NCBI GenBank assembly: GCA_963704705.1
Contig: OY969931.1
Coordinates: forward strand, 570,001-602,000
DNA length: 32,000 bases
Source of the DNA: an uncultured bacterium
GTDB lineage: Bacteria > Patescibacteriota > Gracilibacteria > UBA1369 > PNNO01
Direction of reading: 5' to 3'
The notes beneath the pieces were generated by a model. That model saw nothing but the letters and a program-made list of their open reading frames with translations, was not told the origin of the DNA and made no database searches. Position numbers and translations under genes: made by a program. Every line of letters begins with the position of its first letter. Position 1 is the first letter of the stretch. Shown piece after piece: positions 1 through 9,212 of this stretch.

Positions 1-1
1 T

Positions 2-85
2 ATCCAATATGATCAGGATCGTGATGTTGAAACAATGACAACTTATACCGGACCTGTAACTGAAACTTACGACAGGCAAAGCTAA
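2..85 (+). CDS. 3-prime end of a CDS truncated by the window edge (27 codons, ...TYTGPVTETYDRQS stop)
   Basis: Frame 2 is open from the window edge to TAA at 83-85. Too short to assign a function. Confidence 0.25.
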   Translation: MQYDQDRDVETMTTYTGPVTETYDRQS

Positions 86-95
86 TTAAAATCTA

Positions 96-605
96 TTATC
101 TTGATTGTTTTCTGTGTGGAAGTACTTTATTTAGTACGCAATTTTGTAAATCTTTTTCGCAATTTCTCACCTTAACAACACTATCCCTTACTTCGCCAGT
201 TAAGTGAAAAGGAAACATCTTACTCATAAAGCTATTTTTTGGAGCAGGAATTTTACCCTGAGCAACACTTGCACATTCATGCCGTGTTTCTTCACATATA
301 GAAAGTGCGGTTTGCGCATCAGGATTATTAAGTATTCGTGGTAAAGGAGCGCTAACATATTCAACAAGAGTGGGTATTTTATTTTGTTTTGGTTTTTCAA
401 CAGTATTAAAGTTGCTCTTTATTATGCCACCGGTATTTTGTCTTGTTTCAGCTATTTTGTGTTCAACTTCAGCAATTAAACGCCCTCTATTTGAATATGC
501 TGTGCTTGCTGTCATTAAGCCCAAAGCTGTTAAAGCTGATATTACAACAGCCGGTCCTATTGCTTTTTCTTTTAGATCAGATAATTTATCTTTGAAATTT
601 TCCAT
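96..605 (-). CDS. hypothetical membrane-anchored protein (169 aa)
   Basis: ATG start and TAA stop. One N-terminal hydrophobic helix (GPAVVISALTALGLMTASTAY). No recognisable domain. Confidence 0.55.
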   Translation of the reverse strand: MENFKDKLSDLKEKAIGPAVVISALTALGLMTASTAYSNRGRLIAEVEHKIAETRQNTGGIIKSNFNTVEKPKQNKIPTLVEYVSAPLPRILNNPDAQTALSICEETRHECASVAQGKIPAPKNSFMSKMFPFHLTGEVRDSVVKVRNCEKDLQNCVLNKVLPHRKQSR

Positions 606-728
606 AATTAATAAGTTACGAGATTATATTATAAGCATTAATCGTATCTTTGTCAACAAATGCAGGTAGTAGCATTGCCAAGCATGCATATTCATGGTAT
701 AATTTAAACATATTCATAAAACAAAAAT

Positions 729-1004
729 ATGCACAAAACAAAAACATTGCAATTCAATTATAAAGTATTATTGATTGCAGCAAGTATCCTTATTTTACTT
801 GCACTTGCTTTTTGGGGATATGCCCAAAACAGGGACCAATTGCATAATGCCCCTTTGAGTCAATTATCAAAATTAGAAAACATTAAAGATGGTCCTAGAT
901 TTGTACCACCAAATGAACCAGTTGAAAATATTAATAATAAAGTTAGAACTCTAGAACCAATAAAAATTGATGAAAAGGTGCAGTATAGTATCAAATCAAG
1001 GTAA
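729..1004 (+). CDS. small N-terminally anchored hypothetical protein (91 aa)
   Basis: ATG start. TM helix VLLIAASILILLALAFWGY. Ends 2 nt before the next gene, which suggests an operon with the Wzy-like gene. Confidence 0.5.
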   Translation: MHKTKTLQFNYKVLLIAASILILLALAFWGYAQNRDQLHNAPLSQLSKLENIKDGPRFVPPNEPVENINNKVRTLEPIKIDEKVQYSIKSR

Positions 1005-1006
1005 TT

Positions 1007-2149
1007 ATGCTGAATAAATTGAAAAGGCTTCTATTTTTGAGCCTTATCATAATAACACCGTTCTTATTCAATCCATTTAACGGCGATATTGAGCTAATAA
1101 AGGTAATATTTTTATGTTCAATGATATTTGTTTTGCTTCTTTATGCAATATTTTTCATACAAAAGAGACTGAAATTTAATAAAAAAGGGAAAATAATTGT
1201 ATTTTCAATTCTGGGATTTATTTTATTTGCTTTAATATCAACATTTTCAAATGATTTTCTTACTTCAATTTATGGTCAATACGGACGTTATTTTGGGTTC
1301 TTGCCATGGTTTAGTTGTATTATGCTGGCATTTGTTGCACCTTTTTATATAGAAGGCAAGAATTTTCTTGAAAAGCTTATAAAAGTGCTAATCTGGGTTG
1401 GTTTTGTTAGTGCTTTAAGTGCAATATTGCTTTCTTTTTTGGATATAGGAGCTGTTTTCGAAGGAAGATTGTCAGGATTTACCGGGAATCCAAATGTATT
1501 GGGTAAATTGTTGCTGATTACGATTATTTTGAATTTTATATATCTCGCCCATTTAAAAAAAGACACTAAATGGCTATATATAATAACTTTGATAATTCAA
1601 TTGGGCGTATTTATAATGACTGGAAATAGGGGAGCATGGCTTGCACTAGGTATTATTTTATTGATTCTATTACTTCGAAATCCTAAAAAATATATTAGAT
1701 ATGCCACAATCGGGTTAATTAGCGCAGTTCCATTTGTTTTAGTAATTTTTACCCGAATAATTGATACGATATCTATTTCCACAAGACTCGAAATCTACGA
1801 AAAAGCCATATCAAAGCTTTTTGAAGGGGGGTTGTTCGGATATGGATTTGATTTTGACCCTAATATGTTGATTCCAAATGAAACGTATACTTATAGTGTT
1901 GATAGGGCCCATCAGTTATTTTTGGATGTTGGTTTGAATGTTGGAATTCCCGGATTAATATTTTTTATAATTTTTAGTGTTTACGCGATTTATATTTTAT
2001 TAAAGGGAAAAAACCAATACTATAATGCATTTGGATTTGCCCTGTTAGCTTTATTTATATCCCTTCAATTCAGTTATTTTACTTCAATATCACTTCTGCT
2101 GTATTTTTTATGTATCGGTATTGCCCTTAAAACTGGTGTGAGTGATTAG
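1007..2149 (+). CDS. O-antigen ligase / Wzy-type polymerase family polytopic membrane protein
   Basis: 380 aa with many TM helices. The motif MTGNRGAWLALGIILLILL followed by a loop region is typical of the Wzy_C / O-antigen ligase family, recognised from memory. Confidence 0.7.
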   Translation: MLNKLKRLLFLSLIIITPFLFNPFNGDIELIKVIFLCSMIFVLLLYAIFFIQKRLKFNKKGKIIVFSILGFILFALISTFSNDFLTSIYGQYGRYFGFLPWFSCIMLAFVAPFYIEGKNFLEKLIKVLIWVGFVSALSAILLSFLDIGAVFEGRLSGFTGNPNVLGKLLLITIILNFIYLAHLKKDTKWLYIITLIIQLGVFIMTGNRGAWLALGIILLILLLRNPKKYIRYATIGLISAVPFVLVIFTRIIDTISISTRLEIYEKAISKLFEGGLFGYGFDFDPNMLIPNETYTYSVDRAHQLFLDVGLNVGIPGLIFFIIFSVYAIYILLKGKNQYYNAFGFALLALFISLQFSYFTSISLLLYFLCIGIALKTGVSD

Positions 2150-2195
2150 CCTTTATTCAACCAATTATGACATTTTTAAAAAAGCCCTAATATTT

Positions 2196-3797
2196 TTATT
2201 CGAATCGAAAACTATTACCCATATCTTCATCAAAAGTATTTGTCCCATCAAAGAATGTTACATCTTGTCCAACATCCCAATGTACTGCTTTTTCTTTTGA
2301 GGGGGAATAATAGGTATATGCCACCCAATTTATAAAACAGCCTACCCCGGCATCACCATAATTTAATACAGGAATGAAGACCCCGTCCTCTTCAGCAGGT
2401 TGAAGGCTTACCACAGTGCATTCTGGAAGATAAACGTCTTTGATAAACTGGTCAAGTTCAGAATTGTTTTGAATTTGGCTAAATACAATTTTCCATGCAG
2501 GACTTCGATTTTCATCTAACTGTAACAAAGAAAGCGAATTTGTAACTTCTTCGCATTGAGTATTATACGTTTCTTCAGTTGAGATATAGACGGCATTATT
2601 CGCGCTATCTGTGAATACTTTGACAGGTGAAGTAGTGGTGTTATTCTGATCCGCAAAACATCCTGCTGAATTTGTAACAACTTTTGGGATTTTAATTGAA
2701 AAACCAAAGTCGTTGTTTGTATATAAGTTCCAAGTAGAATCGACTGATGTCATTGTTTCATTAGAAACATTAGGAACTCTAAAAGTCAATAACATCCTAT
2801 TAATTAAAAACATAGCTTCGGTTGAAGGTTCTCCTGCTCCAAGTGTATAACCTTCGGCAAGTTCATAACATTGGCCAGCAAGTGGGCCTTCGCATTGCAT
2901 CATTGGTAAATTTATTGCCAATATTTCATCATTTGGTCCTTTCATTTGAATTGTTGGATAGTCTGAAACAGCGCCTCCCGGAGTTTCATAATACATATCG
3001 CTGGTTACTTCCCATCCGTCAGTCATCATGAATGAAACACCTGAAGTAGGACTAACATAAAAATTAAGTGGTTCTGGAGTATCGCCTTCTTCATATACAG
3101 TTAACGAATTATCTTTAATTGTTTTCATTCTATAAAGCATTTCTGCAACTTCTTTTCGGGTCATAGATCCTGCTGGATCATAATATCTATCTACTCCTGC
3201 AGAACTGTCAGGATTTGCATTTTCAACAACATGACCTGTTCCAACTAAGTTACGAAGCCATACATATGTAAAGTAATCTCCGTACCACTGATTATAATCA
3301 ATATCAAGCACACTATTTAATTTTATTGTTGCACCTGCATACATACCATCATTTGGAAGTGTTCCGTTATTAAATTCAAGTGAGGCCATTTTAATTGCTT
3401 CAACCCTATTAACACATTGACTAGGTTTAAATGTTCCGTCCGGATAACCTACTACTGTCCCATCCTGAAGCGCTTTATTTACATAAGGCCAATACCACTC
3501 AGAAGTTGAAGTGTCACTGAAATAATTGTCATAATAATTAGAACCAGCAGCGGAATCAGTTGTTATGATGTCTTTTTTTGAAGTAAGATACATCATTTTA
3601 AGAAATTCAGCCCTGTTTACACACTGATCAGGCTTAAAAGTCCCATCAGGATATCCCTGAATCACACCATTATCCGACATCCATGTTATTGCCGTTTCAT
3701 AATCTGTTGTTTGGTCAACATCAGAAAATGCTGCATTTGCTACCTGGCTCATTAATAATGTTAATATTAAGCCAGGAATCAGAATGAGTTTTTTCAT
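2196..3797 (-). CDS. secreted SLH-domain cell-surface protein (S-layer-associated)
   Basis: Signal peptide MKKLILIPGLILTLLMSQVANA. Two tandem SLH-type repeats (FSDVDQTTDYETAITWMSDNGVIQGYPDGTFKPDQCVNRAEFLKMM and FSDTSTSEWYWPYVNKALQDGTVVGYPDGTFKPSQCVNRVEAIKM). The C-terminal roughly 350 aa are unassigned. Confidence 0.85.
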   Translation of the reverse strand: MKKLILIPGLILTLLMSQVANAAFSDVDQTTDYETAITWMSDNGVIQGYPDGTFKPDQCVNRAEFLKMMYLTSKKDIITTDSAAGSNYYDNYFSDTSTSEWYWPYVNKALQDGTVVGYPDGTFKPSQCVNRVEAIKMASLEFNNGTLPNDGMYAGATIKLNSVLDIDYNQWYGDYFTYVWLRNLVGTGHVVENANPDSSAGVDRYYDPAGSMTRKEVAEMLYRMKTIKDNSLTVYEEGDTPEPLNFYVSPTSGVSFMMTDGWEVTSDMYYETPGGAVSDYPTIQMKGPNDEILAINLPMMQCEGPLAGQCYELAEGYTLGAGEPSTEAMFLINRMLLTFRVPNVSNETMTSVDSTWNLYTNNDFGFSIKIPKVVTNSAGCFADQNNTTTSPVKVFTDSANNAVYISTEETYNTQCEEVTNSLSLLQLDENRSPAWKIVFSQIQNNSELDQFIKDVYLPECTVVSLQPAEEDGVFIPVLNYGDAGVGCFINWVAYTYYSPSKEKAVHWDVGQDVTFFDGTNTFDEDMGNSFRFE

Positions 3798-4092
3798 ATT
3801 TTAAGGTTAGTTATTAAAACCAAGGTATACAATAACACATTTTGTAATAAAAGTTGCGGTTTAATTGTAAAAAGTTCGAACAACGAACCATCAGTATATT
3901 TCAAAAATTTTTGCTCGAACCGATTTAAGCCCTTCAAATAAACCAAAACAGCGCCCAAAATTTCTGGGGTGCGTTACTTAACGCGTTCCGAACTCAGCAT
4001 TTTGAAGCTGTAATGAGTTTTAATAAACAGATATCACAGCTGAAAGAGGTATTAGCTCAACATTGTTTTTAATTTATCGTTAATTTTACATT

Positions 4093-4338
4093 ATGAAAAC
4101 ACCAAAAAGTAAAGTATTCAGAACTATCGAAGAATTAGATATGTATTTGCAAAATAATGAAAGGGCGAATGGATATTTGTCTTTAGAAGTTACATCGCAA
4201 GTATTAGGTGGAAGAATGCTTTGTAGCTTATTAAATTCCAAAAGAATACATCCAGTTGAAGTAGTAAACGAATATGGTAGAAAAGAAGCTGTTTTCAGGA
4301 ATAGCGAAGTAAAAAATATTGCTTTAAAAATGTTTTAA
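4093..4338 (+). CDS. small DNA-binding protein, excisionase/MerR-like HTH (tentative)
   Basis: 81 aa. The segment YLSLEVTSQVLGGRMLCSLLNSKRIHPVEV...GRKEAVFRNSEVKNI resembles the HTH_17/excisionase layout. First gene inside the putative element. Similarity judged by eye only. Confidence 0.4.
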   Translation: MKTPKSKVFRTIEELDMYLQNNERANGYLSLEVTSQVLGGRMLCSLLNSKRIHPVEVVNEYGRKEAVFRNSEVKNIALKMF

Positions 4339-4461
4339 TTTTTCGTCGAGCGCTTGCGCGAGACAAGTTTGCAGGAAGCTGATTTTAGTTTGAAGTTGGG
4401 GCTTTTGTTGGGATTAAGTAATTATATTGTAGATTAAGTTCTTTTCACATATACTTAATTT

Positions 4462-4599
4462 GCGCAACATAGGCTATAGACACGAAGTTTTCGCCGTTCA
4501 TCCATCCACAATTGTGGTAGAGATGGGCGGCCAGAACTTCACAATTGGGAACTTCGTGTTCTCGGTCTGTGTTGCGCACTGGCCGTCCTTTTTTATTTT
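4462..4599. repeat. 116-nt imperfect extended hairpin followed by a T-tract (candidate single-strand origin or structured RNA)
   Basis: 4462-4489 pairs with 4550-4577: 28 positions, 3 central mismatches, a few G-T pairs. Inner stem 4494-4502 pairs with 4522-4530. Apical palindrome CCACAATTGTGG at 4506-4517. An alternative stem forms between 4525-4534 and 4579-4588, followed by TTTTTTATTTT at 4589-4599. Confidence 0.5.
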
Positions 4600-4614
4600 G
4601 TAACCAATGTAATT

Positions 4615-5361
4615 ATGAAAAGACTGCTTACAATGTTAATTTTGCTTGTATTAGTACTATTTACTGGCTGCGGCAACGAGATATCTGAAACAGCCGATAA
4701 TACTAGTGAATTACCAAAAGCTCAAAAAGAAACAAAAAAAGACGATTTTACTTTCACTAATAAAATTCCGGCAGAGGGATTAACTGAAAAACTGGATACT
4801 TTGGATACCAAAGAAATACACACTGGTACCAGCTTTGCGATTATGGTGTACCCTTTTGACATTGTTTCTGCTTTTATGTCTAATCTACCAGATTATTATA
4901 ATAAACGTTATTCAGACGCGAAGATCGCACAAAAATATAAAAGTCTGAAACAAGAGCCATATATTCGTAATAAAATTTCTTTTGTAGTAGGATTGGCGCA
5001 TATAGGAGGTTATAACGATTCGAGCAGTATTTCTATTGATAATAACTTTTATGAGTATTTTTTCTTAGAAAATGAAAATGGCGAATACGTTCAGGCATAT
5101 TCTCAGGAATTTGTAGAGTTTAACAGCATGATGCCTGAAATAGACTGGCTAAACCCGAATTTAGTGGTATATGTTTCATTTCCAGAAGACGAAGTAGAAC
5201 AACTAATGCAAGAAGCATCTAAGCTCTATATAACTTTCGACGGTTTGGATATTTTGCCAGAAAACCGCATTGAATTGAGGTATCCTTTTATTAATTACTA
5301 TTTAGAGGCTTTTCCAGAGTTGGAAAGCATGGTTGAAGAAATGGAAGCCTATAAGCCTTAA
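4615..5361 (+). CDS. lipoprotein, unknown function (248 aa)
   Basis: Signal peptide with lipobox MKRLLTMLILLVLVLFTGC. No recognisable domain. Confidence 0.7.
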   Translation: MKRLLTMLILLVLVLFTGCGNEISETADNTSELPKAQKETKKDDFTFTNKIPAEGLTEKLDTLDTKEIHTGTSFAIMVYPFDIVSAFMSNLPDYYNKRYSDAKIAQKYKSLKQEPYIRNKISFVVGLAHIGGYNDSSSISIDNNFYEYFFLENENGEYVQAYSQEFVEFNSMMPEIDWLNPNLVVYVSFPEDEVEQLMQEASKLYITFDGLDILPENRIELRYPFINYYLEAFPELESMVEEMEAYKP

Positions 5362-5364
5362 TTG

Positions 5365-6252
5365 TTAACTTGGAAAAAAAGATTGAATCCAGCTCCAGAT
5401 ACTCGTTAGATTCGTCCATGCTAGTGAGTAATCTATTGCTAACAGTGATATTATAACTATTATTCCAGCTATAATTTTATGTTTCCATGCAGATTTAAGT
5501 ATTTTGAAAATTAGTAATATAAGCTGCCAGAGCCACCAAAATGGATTGATCCAATTCCATGTGTTTTGAGGAATACGGAATGGTTGGGTCTTTTTTATTT
5601 CAAGTTGCCTAGTGAATTTATCTATTAGTTTTATAAAACGTTTGATTGAATCACACGTGTCAATGACACTTTGTCCTACTCCTAAATAATAAATGTGAGC
5701 TGGGGTACAACTCCCTTGCATTAATGCTTCTTGGTCACGGCTAACTAATGTGGTAGGAATCATGTTTTCTATAAAATGATCTCTTCCTTTTCCGAATTTA
5801 AATTCTTCTATATTTGAGCGTAATTCTTTTTCAGCACCCATGCCATCTAAATTTAATGATGAAAGCATGATACTTATTTCATGCAATGATTCTTCAGCTT
5901 TTTCTCTAATTGCAGCTTCTTCTTTTTCTAAGTTATCTATGGAAAAATTAGTTGAAATATTACTTTCGATTTTGCTTTTAACTTCTTCAGCATCCTTTTC
6001 CTCCCAACCATCTGGAATTCCATTGATTCCTCCCCATTGACCACTGAATTTTTCTTCATGTTTTGGGATGTCGAAATTTTTGAAATAGAGTAGTCCATGA
6101 TATCCAACGAATGATTGGCTCCAAGATTTACCAACTTTATTACAGGATTCAATGAGTTCATTGCTCTTCTCTTTTAGTACTGTACATGATTGAGAACAAT
6201 CTTTTTTCAGTTCTTCTGCGACTTTTTTGATTTGTTCTAATTTTTTTTTCAT
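5365..6252 (-). CDS. hypothetical protein with soluble N-terminal domain and two C-terminal Trp-rich TM helices (third gene of the OLD operon)
   Basis: ATG start and TAA stop, 36 nt downstream of the preceding gene. C-terminal helices INPFWWLWQLILLIFKILKSAW and IIAGIIVIISLLAIDYSLAW. Confidence 0.65.
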   Translation of the reverse strand: MKKKLEQIKKVAEELKKDCSQSCTVLKEKSNELIESCNKVGKSWSQSFVGYHGLLYFKNFDIPKHEEKFSGQWGGINGIPDGWEEKDAEEVKSKIESNISTNFSIDNLEKEEAAIREKAEESLHEISIMLSSLNLDGMGAEKELRSNIEEFKFGKGRDHFIENMIPTTLVSRDQEALMQGSCTPAHIYYLGVGQSVIDTCDSIKRFIKLIDKFTRQLEIKKTQPFRIPQNTWNWINPFWWLWQLILLIFKILKSAWKHKIIAGIIVIISLLAIDYSLAWTNLTSIWSWIQSFFPS

Positions 6253-6288
6253 ATGTTTAGTTGTAGATGTGTATACTAACTACCGCAA

Positions 6289-7389
6289 TTATGCATAGAC
6301 CGACTCCCTTTTAAAACTGTAAGCTCTGCCCGTAATATATCGTAATATCAGAAATGGAAAAACAATATGATTATTTTCTAAAAATCGTCTTACCATTATA
6401 AACAACTCTGGATCAGACATTTCAAGCTCCAGCCAGCCACTAGGTGTATATCTTGCAATTGAACCAAGAAGAAAAACTAAATAAAACCTAATTTCAACAT
6501 CTCTTTGTTTTGGCACATTTGTTGCACCAAAGCCAAGTGCATATTGTGTGCCATAAATATCCTCAGTAGTGCTAATTATTTCATCACAAAGTGGTTTGTC
6601 TTCTGCAGAAAAGTCTGTAAATTTATTATTGCAGGCGGCAACAGTATAAAAATTATTTTTTTCAGGAAAAATTTCATCCATACGCTTATAAATGTCTTCA
6701 AATCCTGGGATTGTAGATACATCTTTTATTGGATTACAATAATGATAATGTCCTGATTTTGTATGTGCTCCAGTGGATGAAAAGCCTGTTATACATCTAA
6801 ATACATGTGGTGCTTTTTTGAGTATGCTGTAGCATTCTTTTCTTAATTCTGGCAGAAAGCGCAAGTATTCTTTTAATGGAGGTAGCTCATCTGGAAGAGC
6901 TGTTGAGTAAAAAAGGCTATGCAAATCTTGAGATATCCCCCCTTTTCCATTTTTGCAATAAAAGTTTCTTAATTCCTCTGATTCTTGTTTCTTATAACCA
7001 TGATAATTTGTTGGAGTTATACCAAAAAATAACAGCATCGCTTTTATTAGTAGTTCACACACATACATGTGCGTAATAATCGTATTTTGTGGTGAAGTAT
7101 CAATACAGGTATAGTCGTAATTTCGTGCAGTTTTTATAATATTGATTATTTCTTGAGTGACTGATGCATTTCTGTTTTCTTTTTTAGAATAGTATTCTAT
7201 ATGGTCATATATCCAGCTTCTTAAATCTGGGACTGGATGTAACAGAACATTCCAGTTAGAATGACCTCCCGTGCCTTCAGGGCAATAACTGGGTTGTATT
7301 ACATATGGTGGTCTGTCTTCAGTTTTAAATTGTTGCAACTTATTTAAATTATTTATCAAGAACTTTAAAAGTCTCGTCAAGCAACTCAA
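6289..7389 (-). CDS. Cys/His-rich hypothetical protein (about 349-366 aa), partner of the OLD nuclease
   Basis: Long ORF with no ATG in its first 107 codons. In-frame TTG candidates at 7389, 7380, 7359 and 7338, so the start either overlaps the OLD stop (7349) or lies 10 nt after it. The C-terminal LLGSIARYTPSGWLEL...RRFLENNH loosely recalls YaaC-like or HEPN-type (R-x5-H) tails. That is a weak, unverified impression. Confidence 0.6.
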   Translation of the reverse strand: MSCLTRLLKFLINNLNKLQQFKTEDRPPYVIQPSYCPEGTGGHSNWNVLLHPVPDLRSWIYDHIEYYSKKENRNASVTQEIINIIKTARNYDYTCIDTSPQNTIITHMYVCELLIKAMLLFFGITPTNYHGYKKQESEELRNFYCKNGKGGISQDLHSLFYSTALPDELPPLKEYLRFLPELRKECYSILKKAPHVFRCITGFSSTGAHTKSGHYHYCNPIKDVSTIPGFEDIYKRMDEIFPEKNNFYTVAACNNKFTDFSAEDKPLCDEIISTTEDIYGTQYALGFGATNVPKQRDVEIRFYLVFLLGSIARYTPSGWLELEMSDPELFIMVRRFLENNHIVFPFLILRYITGRAYSFKRESVYA

Positions 7390-9178
7390 ACAGCTTATTA
7401 ATGTTATCCATTGATTCTTGAGACAATTTGATGTTATCAGTTTCTACCGATTGTAAGAATAACCTCGCAAGCAGAACTTTATCCATCTTCTTTTGTTTCA
7501 CATATTCACTGTTTGAACCCGAATACTCTTTTTCTTCTTTTATAACAAATTTTTTAAAGTCTTCTGCAGAGAAAATATCCTCTATTGTTCCTTCTTTTTC
7601 TAATACAGACAGTATTAATTTTTTAGAAACCAGCCAAGTTTTTGTAAGGTTTTTCACTCCATCCTTTTTACCTTGGTCTTTATCATATAAATATACAACT
7701 TTACAGCCCCATCCATGAAGAACTGTGCCTACAAATGGCATATTCCCAGCACCACCGCCAAATATGAAATTTATGTCATTGTTGTTAACTAATTTTTTAA
7801 ATGCCTGTAAGTAAAAAATGTCAGATTGCCCTTCAACAACAACATTATTAAGCTTATCCAAATTAGTAATTCCAGAACTTAATTCTAGCCCTATAGCAGT
7901 CAGTATAGGTGTTAAAGTTTCTTTATCAGCTAAGGCATGTATTTTATTTATTATTTCTGTGCCTTTCTTTTTATGCCTTGTTATTAGCCTTATGCGATTA
8001 AGTTTGTCAGCTTCAAGAAGATATGGCGAATGTGTGGAAAATATAAGTTGTGCTTCTTTTGATGAATCTTCAAGCTTTTCCAATATATCTTTCTGTGCTT
8101 TAGCATGTAAAAATAAACCAGGTTCATCGATCAGGATAATATTTGGAAGCGATTCCTTTGCACGTGCCGTTATTTTTATATAAAACGCTAAATGCCATTG
8201 CCGACCTTTACTTCTTAAGCTTGGTTCATAAGGATAATTGTCTTCTTCAATCCAAAAAAGTAGGGAATCTGAATCCCAGTCAACACTAAGATTGGATACA
8301 TCTTGAGTCCAGAATTTTTTATAATCGTCATTTAAATTGATATTTATATCAGTTTTATGTTTATGCTTAGTCCTGTCCTCGCTGCTTTTAATAGTTTCGA
8401 TGTTCAGATCACTAATTACTGAAAGGTCTTGAACCCATTCATTATCCTCAAGTTCAGCAAACGGTACCTTATTTGGGAAAATGTCATCAAATGAATTAAA
8501 AAATATAAAATACGGAATGTATTTTTCTTTTAGAACTTCAATAAACTTGTCTTCAATATCTTTGAGATTGTTAAGTTTTTCAGCTTTATTTATCAAATTT
8601 TGTAAATAAGTCGAAAACTGAGTTCTTTCCTTCTCAACTTCAATTTGTTCAAGATTTGGATTGGTTGTATCCCTAAATGTTTCTAATTCGCTTTTAAAAG
8701 TATCAATTTTATCTGAAGCAGTAGGTAAATCACCGCCGAGCTGAGCATATTTTTGATGTATCTTGTGCAAATAATCAAGTAACTTCTTCATTTCTTTTTC
8801 AATTTCATCTTTATTAGTTAAATCCAGTCTTTTTCGTGATTCTTCAGCAATTTTATATTTGTCAGGATACTCCTTAATAATTTCGATTTCCATCGAATCT
8901 AAGCTCTTATTTAATTCTATTTTGTTCAAAATATCAGTAAGAGTAGATTTGCTGATTTCAAATGTTACTGAAATTGAAGGTTTATTATTAGTGTTTTTTA
9001 TTGGGATTGCCTCTTTTCGTATTGTTTTATCAGCATCAAAATCTTCCAAGGCTTCAAGTACTGATGTTTTTCCAGATTCATTTTTTCCAGCAAGAATTGT
9101 TATGTTATCTGTCAGGTAGCAGTCGCCACTATCTATAATGGATCTGAAGTTTTTAATTCTAAATTTAATTAACTTCAT
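7349..9178 (-). CDS. OLD-family (overcoming lysogenization defect) ATP-dependent nuclease: ABC-type ATPase + Toprim
   Basis: Walker A GKNESGKT (aa 31-38), Walker B IILIDEPGLFLH and STHSPYLL. The C-terminal Toprim has VVVEGQSDIFYL and VVYLYDKDQG acidic motifs. At 609 aa it is close to P2 Old and GajA in size. Confidence 0.85.
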   Translation of the reverse strand: MKLIKFRIKNFRSIIDSGDCYLTDNITILAGKNESGKTSVLEALEDFDADKTIRKEAIPIKNTNNKPSISVTFEISKSTLTDILNKIELNKSLDSMEIEIIKEYPDKYKIAEESRKRLDLTNKDEIEKEMKKLLDYLHKIHQKYAQLGGDLPTASDKIDTFKSELETFRDTTNPNLEQIEVEKERTQFSTYLQNLINKAEKLNNLKDIEDKFIEVLKEKYIPYFIFFNSFDDIFPNKVPFAELEDNEWVQDLSVISDLNIETIKSSEDRTKHKHKTDININLNDDYKKFWTQDVSNLSVDWDSDSLLFWIEEDNYPYEPSLRSKGRQWHLAFYIKITARAKESLPNIILIDEPGLFLHAKAQKDILEKLEDSSKEAQLIFSTHSPYLLEADKLNRIRLITRHKKKGTEIINKIHALADKETLTPILTAIGLELSSGITNLDKLNNVVVEGQSDIFYLQAFKKLVNNNDINFIFGGGAGNMPFVGTVLHGWGCKVVYLYDKDQGKKDGVKNLTKTWLVSKKLILSVLEKEGTIEDIFSAEDFKKFVIKEEKEYSGSNSEYVKQKKMDKVLLARLFLQSVETDNIKLSQESMDNINKLFELLDETFKVLDK

Positions 9179-9212
9179 TACGTTTTTTGTTATTTACAAT
9201 TTTAGCTTGTGT

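Noticed and set aside
3905-3925. GCTCGAACC at 3912-3920 matching the tRNA-His T-arm, considered as the left att site or a displaced tRNA fragment
   Set aside because: The flanking sequence does not continue the tRNA in either direction, and the order relative to the TGGGGTG match is wrong for a displaced 3-prime fragment. It is treated as a chance 9-mer.
7349-9178. Calling the OLD nuclease GajA of a Gabija system
   Set aside because: No UvrD/GajB-like helicase is adjacent, and neither downstream protein has a Walker A or helicase motifs. It is left as an OLD-family nuclease with unknown partners.
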